A stretch of 64,000 nt of DNA from the IMG/VR virus record IMGVR_UViG_3300035698_016731, positions 1 through 64,000 of that record; one strand, written 5' to 3'. Every line of letters starts with the position of its first letter. Position 1 is the stretch's first letter. Source of the stretch: a virus. A program made the position numbers and the translations under genes. Positions 1 to 10,188 of the stretch are shown here, piece after piece. The notes beneath the pieces were generated by a model. That model saw nothing but the letters and a program-made list of their open reading frames with translations, was not told where the DNA came from and did not search any database.

Positions 1-194
1 AAATTGATAAAGATATGCCATATATTCTTTGGGATGGATATTTTAAACCAATAGCCAACGCAGTTCACAAAAAATATCGTAGCGTTAAACGGGAGGCAAC
101 GCCATGAAATATCGTGAACAGATTGACATGAAAGGAATTATAGAAAAAGTCAATGTTGAACTAAAAGAAAGAATAGGAATTAAGGATAAGAAAT

Positions 195-228
195 AACACT
201 TTACTTTATTAAAATTACAGAATATAAT
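195..228 (+). promoter_or_regulatory. sigma70-type promoter, conserved phage motif AACAC-TTTACT-N17-TATAAT (copy 1, before helicase)
   Basis: TTTACT 200-205, 17-nt spacer, TATAAT 223-228; same motif at 10130 and 13037. Confidence 0.8.
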
Positions 229-279
229 TAATTTAGAACTAAAGAGAATAACTACAACGGCTGGAGGCACTGAAGACAT

Positions 280-1620
280 ATGGGATATGACACCTTTGAT
301 TTCACTAAAAAGTTCCAGAAAAAAATACTTAAACTCTTCCTCATAGACCAAGAATTTACCTCTCGCTTTCACTCCCTTGTGAAGTCGAGTTATTTTGAAG
401 ACACCAGTTTAGAATTCATCTATAGTGTCTTTGTAGACTACTTCTCTAAGTACAGCACCCTTCCTTCCAAATCAACCCTTTTCGAAGAACTTCGACATAT
501 AAAAAAAGTAAGAGGGGTTAGTGATGAAGAATTCTCTCTGTACAAAGAAACAACTTTAGCAATCTACCAGATTAAAGTCAAGGATATTAAATTCATAGAA
601 GACAAGATTGTACTGTTTGCAAAAAACCAAGCTATGAAACAATTTGTCCTAGAATCCACCGACCTAGTACTAAGAGGAACTGAGGAGCATTTTATACAAG
701 TGAGAAGTAAGCTAGATGTGGCTCTAGGTGTGGGCAATCACCTCCTAGACACAGGAGTAGACTTCTTTAATCCTAAACAAGTGGACAAGAGGATTGATGA
801 AAGAAAAGAAGGGTTGAGAAAGGATGCAATCCCGACTGGGATAGAAAAGTTGGACGAGTACCTTTTAGGAGGCTTGTGCCCTGAAGAGACTGGAGTAATA
901 GTTGGACCACCAGGCAGAGGAAAGTCTATTTTCCTAATCAATATGGCTAAGACAGCTATCCGATTAGGTCACCATGTTTTTTACTATACTCTTGAACTTT
1001 CAGAGAGGAAGGTATCCAACCGATTTGATTCAGCTCTCTGCCGAGTAACCTATCATAAACTTAATGAATATCCTAAACGTGTACGGAAAAGATTGAAAAC
1101 TCTTTTAGATAAAGCCCATTCCCATTTACAAATTAAATACCTACCATACGAAGAAAGTACCATATTAGATATTAAAGCTCACATGATGAATATGAGAGCA
1201 ACAAAAGGCATAAAACCAGGCATGTTAGTAATAGACTATGGAGACATTATGAGACCATGCCGTTATTCATATAAGGAGAAAAGGCACGAACAAGCTAATG
1301 TCTTCTCAGAAATCTGTGCACTGGGGATAGAAGAGAAGCTCCCTATTTGGACAGGAAGTCAAGCTAACAAAGAATCTATGAAGAAACATCACATAGTGGA
1401 TATGAGCAATATGGCTGAAGCTTTCGCTAAAGCTAATAGGTGTGATGTGGTACTAGGACTGTGCCAAGACCCAGAAGAGAAGGATGATGAGAAAGCTCGG
1501 CTCTTTACTTCAAAGATGCGGGATGTTGAAGATTCAAAACTTATCCCAATAAACTTTTTTAAAGCTAAAATGAATATAACTTATGACCGAGAAAGAGATG
1601 AGGAGGAAGTTGAGAAATGA
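280..1620 (+). CDS. dnaB: DnaB-like replicative helicase
   Basis: IPTG..LD..L.GGL, Walker A GPPGRGKS, TLELS, Walker B VIDYGD, TGSQAN, K.R near C-terminus. Confidence 0.93.
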   Translation: MGYDTFDFTKKFQKKILKLFLIDQEFTSRFHSLVKSSYFEDTSLEFIYSVFVDYFSKYSTLPSKSTLFEELRHIKKVRGVSDEEFSLYKETTLAIYQIKVKDIKFIEDKIVLFAKNQAMKQFVLESTDLVLRGTEEHFIQVRSKLDVALGVGNHLLDTGVDFFNPKQVDKRIDERKEGLRKDAIPTGIEKLDEYLLGGLCPEETGVIVGPPGRGKSIFLINMAKTAIRLGHHVFYYTLELSERKVSNRFDSALCRVTYHKLNEYPKRVRKRLKTLLDKAHSHLQIKYLPYEESTILDIKAHMMNMRATKGIKPGMLVIDYGDIMRPCRYSYKEKRHEQANVFSEICALGIEEKLPIWTGSQANKESMKKHHIVDMSNMAEAFAKANRCDVVLGLCQDPEEKDDEKARLFTSKMRDVEDSKLIPINFFKAKMNITYDRERDEEEVEK

Positions 1621-1874
1621 ACTATAAAGAAATGGACAAGAAACTAAGTGATATTATAGAAACCTCTTTAAAACAAACTGAAGAGATAATAGATATTTTA
1701 AAAAACAGTTCTACAGGAATTAGAGGAATAAAATTCATGCCTGAATCTAAAGTACATCATTGTATTCTATTGAACCAACTAGTAATATTTGCTTATCTCT
1801 CTAAACAAGAAAGAAATATAGCTCAAATGCGATTTGACATGAGTAAAGAAGAGGAGGAGAAAGATGAGTTGTAA
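1617..1874 (+). CDS. hypothetical protein
   Basis: ATGA overlap with helicase stop, RBS. Confidence 0.65.
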   Translation: MNYKEMDKKLSDIIETSLKQTEEIIDILKNSSTGIRGIKFMPESKVHHCILLNQLVIFAYLSKQERNIAQMRFDMSKEEEEKDEL

Positions 1875-2055
1875 AGAATGTAATGAATTTCAACAAACCC
1901 TGAACTCTTATTTCTATAGATGGAAAAATGCTAATGTAGAAATAAGAGGTTGTCAGGAGCATGTGAAAGAAGTAATGGATGTTCTAAATGGAATTCAAAA
2001 AGAACCTCTTTTTAAAAGTACAGAAATTCTTAAAAGGCTTTCAGATGAACATTAA
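1864..2055 (+). CDS. small hypothetical protein with CxxC
   Basis: GGAGGAG RBS, overlaps neighbours. Confidence 0.6.
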   Translation: MSCKECNEFQQTLNSYFYRWKNANVEIRGCQEHVKEVMDVLNGIQKEPLFKSTEILKRLSDEH

Positions 2056-3031
2056 AAGATTTCTTTTGAAGAGATACCCTGTTGAGAGAGTAGACTATCT
2101 TTGGGCAGGAAACTATGAAGAAATGAGACTACAATGTCCTTTCTGTGGAGATGACAGAGAATTTCATTTCTATATAAATCTAAGGTCTGGACGGTGGCAA
2201 TGCTTTAGATGTGCAGAGAGAGGAAATTCTGTCTACACTTTCATAAAGAAGATTGAACCAGACCGATACAAGAAGCTTCTTGAACAATATCGGAAAGCTC
2301 AACAAGATACTTCCCTCTCTACAATAGACAGTAGCTTAAAGAAGCATGTAGAGAGTATGTTTAGAGGAAAAGAAGAACTCCCCCCGCCAAAGCTCGACAA
2401 TGTACCCTTAGAGACTAAGGTGATTATGGAGGATTCACTGCCCTGTAAATATCTAAAAAAGAGAAGCATCACACTCCGAATGACAAAGAAATATAAACTA
2501 TGTTATACAATAAAAGGACAACTCGCTTTCCGAATTATAATTCCATTTTTTGAAGACAAACAACTTGTTTACTATTTAGGAAGAACTTATATAAATGGAA
2601 AGCCTAAAATCTTGAACCCATTCAAGAATAGTTCAATAAAAGGGAAAAATGAAGTATTATATAATTATGATTCTTTACAAAACAGAGGAGAAGCATGTAT
2701 AGTCGAAGGAGTGTTTGATTGTATAACTGTAGACCAAATTATGCCTACAGTAGCTTTATGTGGTAAAACTATAAGTAAGAAACAGGTATCTATGCTTTTA
2801 AAGAAGAGACTGGAGCATCTTTACTTGTTTCTCGATTCAGATACTGAAGGGGAAAGTGATGAACTATACAAGAGACTTAGAGGGTACTTTGATATAAGTA
2901 TGATTGTATTAAAAAAAGATGACCCCAATTCTATAGGAATATCTGAATGTGCTAGACTTATTAAAGAAAGCAAGAAGATTGACTACAAGAGTTATATTGA
3001 GCACAAGATGAGATTGAAACTCAAACAGTGA
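2045..3031 (+). CDS. dnaG: DNA primase (Zn finger + TOPRIM)
   Basis: CPFC...H...CFRC zinc finger, RIIIP, VEGVFD, LDSD, DPN; start moved to ATG 2045. Confidence 0.9.
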   Translation: MNIKRFLLKRYPVERVDYLWAGNYEEMRLQCPFCGDDREFHFYINLRSGRWQCFRCAERGNSVYTFIKKIEPDRYKKLLEQYRKAQQDTSLSTIDSSLKKHVESMFRGKEELPPPKLDNVPLETKVIMEDSLPCKYLKKRSITLRMTKKYKLCYTIKGQLAFRIIIPFFEDKQLVYYLGRTYINGKPKILNPFKNSSIKGKNEVLYNYDSLQNRGEACIVEGVFDCITVDQIMPTVALCGKTISKKQVSMLLKKRLEHLYLFLDSDTEGESDELYKRLRGYFDISMIVLKKDDPNSIGISECARLIKESKKIDYKSYIEHKMRLKLKQ

Positions 3032-3303
3032 AGGAGAAAGACACCATGGAATTAAGCACGCATGAGTATGATGAAATAGCTCTCCGTCTTCAAGGATTGA
3101 TGGATGAGTTATATGAAGAGATGGATAATGATGGAGTAGAAAATGCAAGTACTATTCTTTCTGAAAAGGAAGCTTTTGTACTGGAAGATACCCTAAAAGC
3201 AGAGCAAGAAAAATTAGAAAGTAGACTGAAAATCATAAAACGAATTCGAGAAGAGTTGAAAAATGCTCCAGACCTTTGTGGAGAAAAACCTCTTTCTCAT
3301 TGA
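3028..3303 (+). CDS. hypothetical acidic coiled-coil protein
   Basis: ORF in operon. Confidence 0.6.
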   Translation: MKEKDTMELSTHEYDEIALRLQGLMDELYEEMDNDGVENASTILSEKEAFVLEDTLKAEQEKLESRLKIIKRIREELKNAPDLCGEKPLSH

Positions 3304-3312
3304 GAGGGTGAT

Positions 3313-3966
3313 ATGCTGGAAAATTTAGATAGAAAGTTAGAAGAAGATTTATGCACCAACCATGGATTCATCAAACAGGAAGTAAAGGAACTTTTAACTT
3401 GTATTAATTATCATTGTGGAACTAAACAGTGGCCACAACATTATGCTCTTAACTATGAGGAGATGAAAAGCAAATGTCTCTTACTCTTGGTGAAAGAATA
3501 TCCTAGATACAAAGGACACAGAAAACGGAAACGAGTCAATGGAATGAAATGGTTAATTATACACTATATAAAATCCTTACGAATGCCTTTTAGGACTCTT
3601 AAAAGAACTCCACACCATACTATTTCTTCCCATGGGATGTGGATAAATAGACATAAAATGAATGGTAAGAGTATTTATGATGGAAAGAGAAGGATGTATG
3701 TGAGAGAATTTAGAGAATATGTTCTTTGCTATGCTTCTCCAAAAACAAGTAATTTATATATGAATATGATTAACTTTTTTGCAGGAGAGGATAGGAAGTA
3801 TGGTTTAAAGAGAGACTTAGAGAACCATATGGGTTGTAGAAGAAAAGGATTGGAAACTCAATTGAAAGAACTAAAATGCCTGTTTAAAAATTATTTTATG
3901 ATTTCGAAAGATTTTTCAGAAAATTCAGAAGAAAAACTTTATTATAATAGTAGAGAAAATAATTAA
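3313..3966 (+). CDS. hypothetical basic protein
   Basis: 217-aa ORF with RBS. Confidence 0.65.
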   Translation: MLENLDRKLEEDLCTNHGFIKQEVKELLTCINYHCGTKQWPQHYALNYEEMKSKCLLLLVKEYPRYKGHRKRKRVNGMKWLIIHYIKSLRMPFRTLKRTPHHTISSHGMWINRHKMNGKSIYDGKRRMYVREFREYVLCYASPKTSNLYMNMINFFAGEDRKYGLKRDLENHMGCRRKGLETQLKELKCLFKNYFMISKDFSENSEEKLYYNSRENN

Positions 3967-3989
3967 CCCCAAAAAGGAAGGAGGAAAAG

Positions 3990-4502
3990 ATGGGCAAAAG
4001 CAAGAAAGAGCTTGAGCAAGATGTGCTAGATGATGATAATGAAGATGACTGTTTCGGCAATTATCTAGCAAGTGATGAAGCATGCCAAGAGTGTGTTGAT
4101 GCGGAGAAGTGTAAGAAAGGAAAAGAAGAACCTAAGAAAAAGGAGTCCAAAGTGGCAAAGAAAGAAGAGAAGAAAGAAACAGAAGTTAAAGCTAAGTCTA
4201 CAAAGACAAAAGCTAAAGCAGAATCGAAAATAACATATCCAACTATCAATGGAGCTATTTCTCCATTTAAAGAAGGAACAACAGCTTTCATAGTCTTCAA
4301 GACTATTGTAGATAAAAAGAAAGCAACTCTGGACAGAATTATTGGAGCTATAGAGAAAAGTGGCTTGAAATGTTCTGACCCAGCTAATCGTGCAAAGAAA
4401 GTAGCTAATGTATTAGTTACTGCTTCTTATGCAGGGATTAAACCTAAGACATTTATCAAAAGTGAATCTAAAGGAAAGATTTCTTACGAATATGTTGGAT
4501 AA
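3990..4502 (+). CDS. Cys-motif, Lys-rich protein (possible nucleoid/DNA-binding protein)
   Basis: CFG-x8-CxxC-x4-C, K/E-rich linker, compact C-terminal domain; strong RBS. Confidence 0.6.
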   Translation: MGKSKKELEQDVLDDDNEDDCFGNYLASDEACQECVDAEKCKKGKEEPKKKESKVAKKEEKKETEVKAKSTKTKAKAESKITYPTINGAISPFKEGTTAFIVFKTIVDKKKATLDRIIGAIEKSGLKCSDPANRAKKVANVLVTASYAGIKPKTFIKSESKGKISYEYVG

Positions 4503-5331
4503 TCCTAAAATCATTATCTGTGGGTGTGGAGCAAGTGCTTCCATAGCTAAGCACTACTTTCCTGAATCTATGGTTATAGGGAAAGTGACCTCACCCACAT
4601 ATAATTTCGGTCTACATTATTTACATAGACCTTTAGAAGATATTTTTGAAATGCAAAAGATAAAAGTAGAAACAACAATAGATTTTGAACCAGTTACAAA
4701 AGAAGGAATTGAGCGATATAAAAAATCTGTATATGGAGATACTTGGGAAGAGCATACAAATAAAGAAGGACAATTTCCAGTTGGTGTAACTTATGGGTGG
4801 CTAATAAAAGGAGATAAGAAACCTTTGAAAGTAGATAGAGATGGAATGATACAGCATATTGATATATATAAAAAGACTATTGAAGTTGGTAGCTCTACAT
4901 ACTTCTATGATGTCCTAATAAATACTATACCTTTAAATATTTTTGCTGAGTTGATTGGAATAAAAATGGTAAATGATTTCCAACATTCTCCTATCTGTAT
5001 ACACCAAAGAGTCTGTCTTAGAACCGATAAGTGTGACCCTTACTTGTGGACTAATTATGATACTAAATATGAATATTATAGATATACAAAACTTTTTAAT
5101 GATAATAAAATATTTGAAACAAAAGAACATATCGGAGACTGCTTGGATGGAGTAGTAACTCTGAGACCAGGAAAAATCTTGAACTCAGGAGATTATAATA
5201 ATCTACTACAAAATCTTTTTAGAAAAGAAGTATATAGTGTTGGAAGATATGCTCAATGGGACAGCTCAGTACTATTGCACAATGTTGATGATAGAGTGAG
5301 GACTATAAAGGATATGCTCAATGAATTTTAA
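4492..5331 (+). CDS. FAD/NAD-dependent oxidoreductase (UDP-galactopyranose mutase/amine oxidase-like fold)
   Basis: N-terminal IIICGCGASA dinucleotide motif, LINTIPL, C-terminal GRYAQW; start moved to ATG 4492. Confidence 0.7.
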   Translation: MLDNPKIIICGCGASASIAKHYFPESMVIGKVTSPTYNFGLHYLHRPLEDIFEMQKIKVETTIDFEPVTKEGIERYKKSVYGDTWEEHTNKEGQFPVGVTYGWLIKGDKKPLKVDRDGMIQHIDIYKKTIEVGSSTYFYDVLINTIPLNIFAELIGIKMVNDFQHSPICIHQRVCLRTDKCDPYLWTNYDTKYEYYRYTKLFNDNKIFETKEHIGDCLDGVVTLRPGKILNSGDYNNLLQNLFRKEVYSVGRYAQWDSSVLLHNVDDRVRTIKDMLNEF

Positions 5332-6265
5332 AGATATGTGGAAAGAACAAAAGAAATTTAATAAAATCTTCATTCCCAATTTAGATAGTCTAACAGAAGA
5401 AGAAAGAAATCAATTCACTAAAGACTATGCTATGAGTATCATGGGAGAAGTCGGAGAGTTAATGAAACAAATTAACTGGAAACTTCACCGAAGAGAGATT
5501 AAGGAATACAATAAGGATAATATTGTAGAAGAAATAGTGGACTTGTTCAAATATACTATGTCTCTAGCAGTACTATGGTGTGATAATTCTGATGAGTTTT
5601 TAGAAGAAAATTATAAGAAGTCTGTTATCAATCAACAAAGGTATGTCCAAGAATTCATTTCTACTTATAAAGACTGCTGTGTAATAGATATTGATGGAGT
5701 TCTAGCTCAATATAGAAAAGGATTTATTGAGTTTATAAATAAAGAAACAGGAAACTCTTTCAAAGAAGAAGATACAGAGAGATATGATTTTTGGATAGAC
5801 TTAAAAATTAATGCTAAAGATTGGCGTGTACTTAAAGAGAAATTCCGAAAGACAGGAGTTAAGAGACAACTAGAAACTTATAGGGGAGCCAGCACATTAA
5901 CAAAATGCTTAAAAGCTTGGGGATATTCGATAGTTATAGTTACTGCTCGTCCAGTACGGAAATATAAAAGAGTTGCTAGAGATACATTGTTCTGGCTTAG
6001 AGATAAAAATATACAATTCGATTCCTTAGTTTTTACTGAGAATAAGCTAGAGGGATTGATTGATATGAAGATTCCTTTTGAAAATATAAAGTTTGCAATA
6101 GAAGATGATTTAGGAAATGCTAAGAGATTTGCTTCTTGTGGAGTACTTACTTACCTTATAGACCAGTCCTATAATCAATGTGAAAATTTAGATACAAATA
6201 TCTGCCGAATGAAAAATTTAAGTAAAATTACTGGAGAACTACAATATATCAATAACCTAATATAA
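5321..6265 (+). CDS. all-alpha NTP pyrophosphatase (dUTPase/MazG-like) fused to HAD 5'(3')-deoxyribonucleotidase
   Basis: GEVGEL..INWK.H, EEIVD motifs; HAD DIDGVL, VTAR, IEDD. Confidence 0.82.
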   Translation: MNFKDMWKEQKKFNKIFIPNLDSLTEEERNQFTKDYAMSIMGEVGELMKQINWKLHRREIKEYNKDNIVEEIVDLFKYTMSLAVLWCDNSDEFLEENYKKSVINQQRYVQEFISTYKDCCVIDIDGVLAQYRKGFIEFINKETGNSFKEEDTERYDFWIDLKINAKDWRVLKEKFRKTGVKRQLETYRGASTLTKCLKAWGYSIVIVTARPVRKYKRVARDTLFWLRDKNIQFDSLVFTENKLEGLIDMKIPFENIKFAIEDDLGNAKRFASCGVLTYLIDQSYNQCENLDTNICRMKNLSKITGELQYINNLI

Positions 6266-6274
6266 GGAGGAAGT

Positions 6275-7288
6275 ATGAACAAAAATCACAGACCAGTAGC
6301 AAATTTTAAAGGGGAAATACCAAGAACTGAAATAAAGTATGGAGTAGATGATATAAAAGTAACTTTGGATGCCTTTGGACCAGAGAATCCTTACTGGCAT
6401 CTTCTTAGAGAGATACAAAGCACTTGGGGAGATAAGCCTTTTCCTACTCCTGAATTTAGTGAAGACCTTAGAGATTTCACTAAAGAAGAAATGACTCTCA
6501 TAAAAGATTGCATAAGGGGAAAGAGTTTGGGGCAGTGTCTGGAAGCTATAACTACTATGTGGACTATTGAAGGAATAAGTAGAGCTTGTACCCATCAGTT
6601 AGTTCGGACTAGGATTGGAGCAGGCTTTATGCAACAAGGTGGTAGGAACAACGACTGGAGACATCAGAGCTGGCGTATGCCTGAAGCTCTAGTAAGAATA
6701 TGTGAGCCAGAACCAACTACAGTGTTTGGACTAAAGGATTGTGTAGTAGATGAAGAACCAATAAAGAACTTAGAAAAAATCTATGGAAAGGATATGAAAG
6801 GAATTATCCGAGAATATTTAGAAGTTGGAAAATATTTATATGCAAGCCTAGTAGATGCAGGACTTGCTTATCAAGATGCTCGTAGACTTTTGCCTATAGG
6901 AACTACTACTTGGATACATGCAAACTATTCCTTTGCTACTTTAAAGAATTTGTTAGCTAATAGGTTGGAGTTCTGTATGGATTGGGAAATAAATGCTGTA
7001 GCTCAATTGATGGTAAGAGAAGTAAAGATGAAGATGCCTGAACTTTTCGGTAATTCTCTAAAGAGCCATAGTGATAAGCTGAGAAGAGCTGCATTTGCAG
7101 ACCATGTAGATGACTTTCCTCCTGACCAGAAATATCCATTCCCTTGGAGACAAAGTGAGAGGACTCATAGACCTGAACAACACCCTTTCTTTGTACTTAA
7201 AGAATCATCTCTTGCTGGTGGACCAATAGAATGGATTAAGACTGATGGCATATATCCTGATAGACCAAGAGGAGAGATTACAAAATAA
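6275..7288 (+). CDS. thyX: ThyX-family flavin-dependent thymidylate synthase homologue, atypical active site
   Basis: IEGISRACTHQLVRTR, QDARRLLP, R...WEI motifs. Confidence 0.8.
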   Translation: MNKNHRPVANFKGEIPRTEIKYGVDDIKVTLDAFGPENPYWHLLREIQSTWGDKPFPTPEFSEDLRDFTKEEMTLIKDCIRGKSLGQCLEAITTMWTIEGISRACTHQLVRTRIGAGFMQQGGRNNDWRHQSWRMPEALVRICEPEPTTVFGLKDCVVDEEPIKNLEKIYGKDMKGIIREYLEVGKYLYASLVDAGLAYQDARRLLPIGTTTWIHANYSFATLKNLLANRLEFCMDWEINAVAQLMVREVKMKMPELFGNSLKSHSDKLRRAAFADHVDDFPPDQKYPFPWRQSERTHRPEQHPFFVLKESSLAGGPIEWIKTDGIYPDRPRGEITK

Positions 7289-7533
7289 TGGCTGAGATTA
7301 AACAAGGAAAATTCAAAGGCACTCAAGTAGAACTTTGTCAATGGTGTAATGATTGGATGAGTGTAAATATGCCTGATGGTGAAGCTAAGATTTATTCACC
7401 TGCTGCACTTTGGTATACAGAAGAAGAGTTTTGGAATATTCTTCATAGCAAAGACTTTCCTCATTTGAAAAAGTTTTATAATGAGGATGTGCGAAATGGT
7501 CGATTAACTTTTGTTAAGATAAAATGGACATAA
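7288..7533 (+). CDS. hypothetical protein
   Basis: TAATG coupling. Confidence 0.6.
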   Translation: MAEIKQGKFKGTQVELCQWCNDWMSVNMPDGEAKIYSPAALWYTEEEFWNILHSKDFPHLKKFYNEDVRNGRLTFVKIKWT

Positions 7534-7803
7534 GTAACCAGATAAAGGAGTTGGAGAAAGAATGGAAATAATGGTTAATAATATAGTGGTTGATATTGAA
7601 AAGCATGACCGAATAGTAACTCAACCTACTAGACGGAATGCTCACCCAAAAATGGACCAAGGCTGGATACCTGCTTTTGTAAAAGTATATAGAACTAAAG
7701 ATAGTGTTGAGAACTTGGTCCATGAACTTAAAGGAGAGTAAAGTGAAGATAGAACATGGTACATTAATGGAAAACAAGCACCCATAAAGTAAAGGAGAGG
7801 GAG

Positions 7804-8019
7804 ATGACTGAGGTAACATATAAATCTCAAAGTATGATGTTTCGTATTGTTTGGGCAGATAAGAACTCTAAAGAAGAAAAGCTTTGGCAAGTAAATAGAC
7901 AGCTAAAAGATATAGGCTGTACTGTCTTCAGAGTAGAAAGACTACATGAGCCAGAGGAGTGCTGTGAAAAAGAATTCTCTGATAAGAAAGTTAGCAAAGA
8001 AGATAATCTGGACAAATGA
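7804..8019 (+). CDS. hypothetical protein
   Basis: RBS GGAGAGG. Confidence 0.55.
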   Translation: MTEVTYKSQSMMFRIVWADKNSKEEKLWQVNRQLKDIGCTVFRVERLHEPEECCEKEFSDKKVSKEDNLDK

Positions 8020-8156
8020 GACTTTCGGATTCTGTCTTATAAAACTTGACCGCAAAGATGATATTATTCTTAATGGAAGAGTAGCTACTGATGAATATTG
8101 TAGAGCTAAGAAAGTTGCTGAAATGGTATATGATGAACTAATGAAGGTGATGAAAG

Positions 8157-8678
8157 ATGAGTGAAGATAATGGAATTGGATGTGGTACTATTATTACAGT
8201 TATTATAATTTTTAATTTGGTTAGTGGTGCTTTTAAATCTGATGTAAAGATTGATAAAAAAGTTATTGTTGGTTCAATAAAGGAAGTAGCTACTTTTGCA
8301 AAAACATTAGCTAGTCCTGATATAGATAAAATAGTTGAGAAAGTTCAAGAAGAGGAAGGTGCAAAAGTAGCTCAGATGATAGCAGATGAGAGAAAAGAAG
8401 TAGCTACTCTTGCAAAAACATTAGGAAAAGGTGCTGATGGTGGAGATGGGGTAGCTTTTGAAGTATATAGAAAAGCTAGTGAAGGTGATTCACATATAGC
8501 CATATATGAGGAAGAGGGAAAGAATGTGACAATTGAGTTGAATAATAGAGCAAGGGAATATTATGCAAGTGAAGATAAGATTAAGATAAAATTAAATAAG
8601 GAGGAAATCAGTGAAAATGAGAGCAGTATTGTTGATGATTTGGTTTGTAGGACAGATGGCGGGTTTGCTGTTGATTAA
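8157..8678 (+). CDS. hypothetical membrane-anchored protein
   Basis: N-terminal hydrophobic helix; internal KEVATxAKTL duplication. Confidence 0.6.
   Translation: MSEDNGIGCGTIITVIIIFNLVSGAFKSDVKIDKKVIVGSIKEVATFAKTLASPDIDKIVEKVQEEEGAKVAQMIADERKEVATLAKTLGKGADGGDGVAFEVYRKASEGDSHIAIYEEEGKNVTIELNNRAREYYASEDKIKIKLNKEEISENESSIVDDLVCRTDGGFAVD
8283..8424 (+). repeat. 28-bp direct repeat (27/28 identical) at 8283-8310 and 8397-8424
   Basis: GAAGTAGCTACTYTTGCAAAAACATTAG twice, 114 nt apart, in frame. Confidence 0.9.
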
Positions 8679-8952
8679 TGGTTGCAGCAATTCATTAAAT
8701 TATATAGAAAAAGATGGAATAAAGTATAGAAAAGTTTATCGCAGAGCACCAGAAGAAAGTTCTCGTGATTGGGAATACAAACTGGAGAGAATAAATGAAG
8801 AAGAGAAATGATATAATGTACTTTCTAATATTTTTAGCATTAGCAGTTGGCTTAATATTAGGAGTTTCTTTAATAGGTTGTGAGACTACTGAGAAAGATA
8901 TAAGACCACCATTAATGGATAACTCAAACTTTGTAACAATAAGAGGTGTAGA

Positions 8953-9231
8953 ATGAGAGCAAAAAAAGAAATTGATGAAAAGATTAAAGAGATTAAAGCA
9001 GAAAGAAAAACATTACCACATTATTCAGTATTTGGAGATAATAATTGGGATTCAATGGATTTGCAAGTTGAGATTTTAGAAGAAGGATATGATGGAATTG
9101 AAGATTTACAAGACCAATTAGATGATATTTTAGATAGGTATGATGGCGACCTTCCAGAAGAAGATGGTGAAGACAAATGGAGAGTAAGTGTTTTAGATTA
9201 TCTGTTAGAAAATACAGATGAACTTTGCTAA
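8953..9231 (+). CDS. hypothetical acidic protein
   Basis: RBS GAGGTG. Confidence 0.65.
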   Translation: MRAKKEIDEKIKEIKAERKTLPHYSVFGDNNWDSMDLQVEILEEGYDGIEDLQDQLDDILDRYDGDLPEEDGEDKWRVSVLDYLLENTDELC

Positions 9232-9247
9232 CAACAAGAGGGATTGA

Positions 9248-9457
9248 ATGAGTGAAAAACAGGCTTTAGTTAAAGGAAATTTGCGCCCATACGGAGTAGA
9301 GTGTTTTATTAATGAGAATACTTTAGATTATGATTTAGATTCCATTACACCTGTTCCTTGGCACTCATGGAATATCTCAGCTCAAAAGGATAGCATTGGA
9401 GGTTATAATTATTTAGTTGTGTTAAAAAAACGTCCACATGTGGAGGGTGTAGAATGA
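9248..9457 (+). CDS. hypothetical protein
   Basis: RBS, ATGA coupling to next gene. Confidence 0.55.
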   Translation: MSEKQALVKGNLRPYGVECFINENTLDYDLDSITPVPWHSWNISAQKDSIGGYNYLVVLKKRPHVEGVE

Positions 9458-10125
9458 ATATCTTCAATTTAATCAAAGGAATTAAAGTAACTCATTTCAA
9501 AGCAGGATTCTGTCACAAAGAGCAACTTCCTGTTGGAACAAAAATAGTAAAAACTAATACAGAGTTCCTTGCTCCAAGAAAGATTGACAACAGAGATATG
9601 TTATTAATGAGCAGTAATCAAGGCAACACTCCTCATTGTGCAGGGTATGCTACTGCAGGGTATATAGAATTTCAAAATTGGAAACACCTTCATTATTCTC
9701 GCCAAGTAGATGGAGATGAAATCTATAGACAAGCTAAAACAATAGACTGGATTAAGAGTGAAGGAACTACATTGAGCTCAGCTATCAAAGGAGCTATCCA
9801 GTTAGGTTTTATAAAAGGAGAATTGAAAGCCATTAAGAAAACAAGAATTGCTATTAAGTTCGCTATTCACCAATATGGAGTAGTAGTATCAGCTTTTGAT
9901 ATTACTGATGAATGGAACTATGTAAATGGTAAAACTGGTATGCTGAATATACTTGATGGAGAAGCAGAAGATTTAGGTGGACATGCAGTATTACTCTGTG
10001 GCTACGACAAAGACGGAGTTTACATACAGAACTCTTGGGGAGAGAATTGGGGAGTACATGGTTTCGCTATAGTACCATGGGAACTCTTTGATAAACAATT
10101 TTATAGTGGGAGGGTGATAGGATAA
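9454..10125 (+). CDS. papain-like C1-family cysteine peptidase
   Basis: NQGNTPHCAGYA (Gln, Cys), GGHAVLLCGY (His), QNSWG (Asn). Confidence 0.9.
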   Translation: MNIFNLIKGIKVTHFKAGFCHKEQLPVGTKIVKTNTEFLAPRKIDNRDMLLMSSNQGNTPHCAGYATAGYIEFQNWKHLHYSRQVDGDEIYRQAKTIDWIKSEGTTLSSAIKGAIQLGFIKGELKAIKKTRIAIKFAIHQYGVVVSAFDITDEWNYVNGKTGMLNILDGEAEDLGGHAVLLCGYDKDGVYIQNSWGENWGVHGFAIVPWELFDKQFYSGRVIG

Positions 10126-10129
10126 AAAA

Positions 10130-10163
10130 AACACTTTACTTTTCATAAATACCATAATATAAT
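10130..10163 (+). promoter_or_regulatory. promoter AACAC-TTTACT-N17-TATAAT (copy 2, before rtcB)
   Basis: TTTACT 10135-10140, TATAAT 10158-10163. Confidence 0.82.
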
Positions 10164-10188
10164 AGAGTTATAAAGGAAGGAAAAAGAG

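Noticed and set aside
85-372. Minus-strand ORF, and similar antisense ORFs (e.g. 16971-17351, 31406-31801, 56072-56560)
   Set aside because: They overlap well-supported genes or promoters on the opposite strand and show no motifs.
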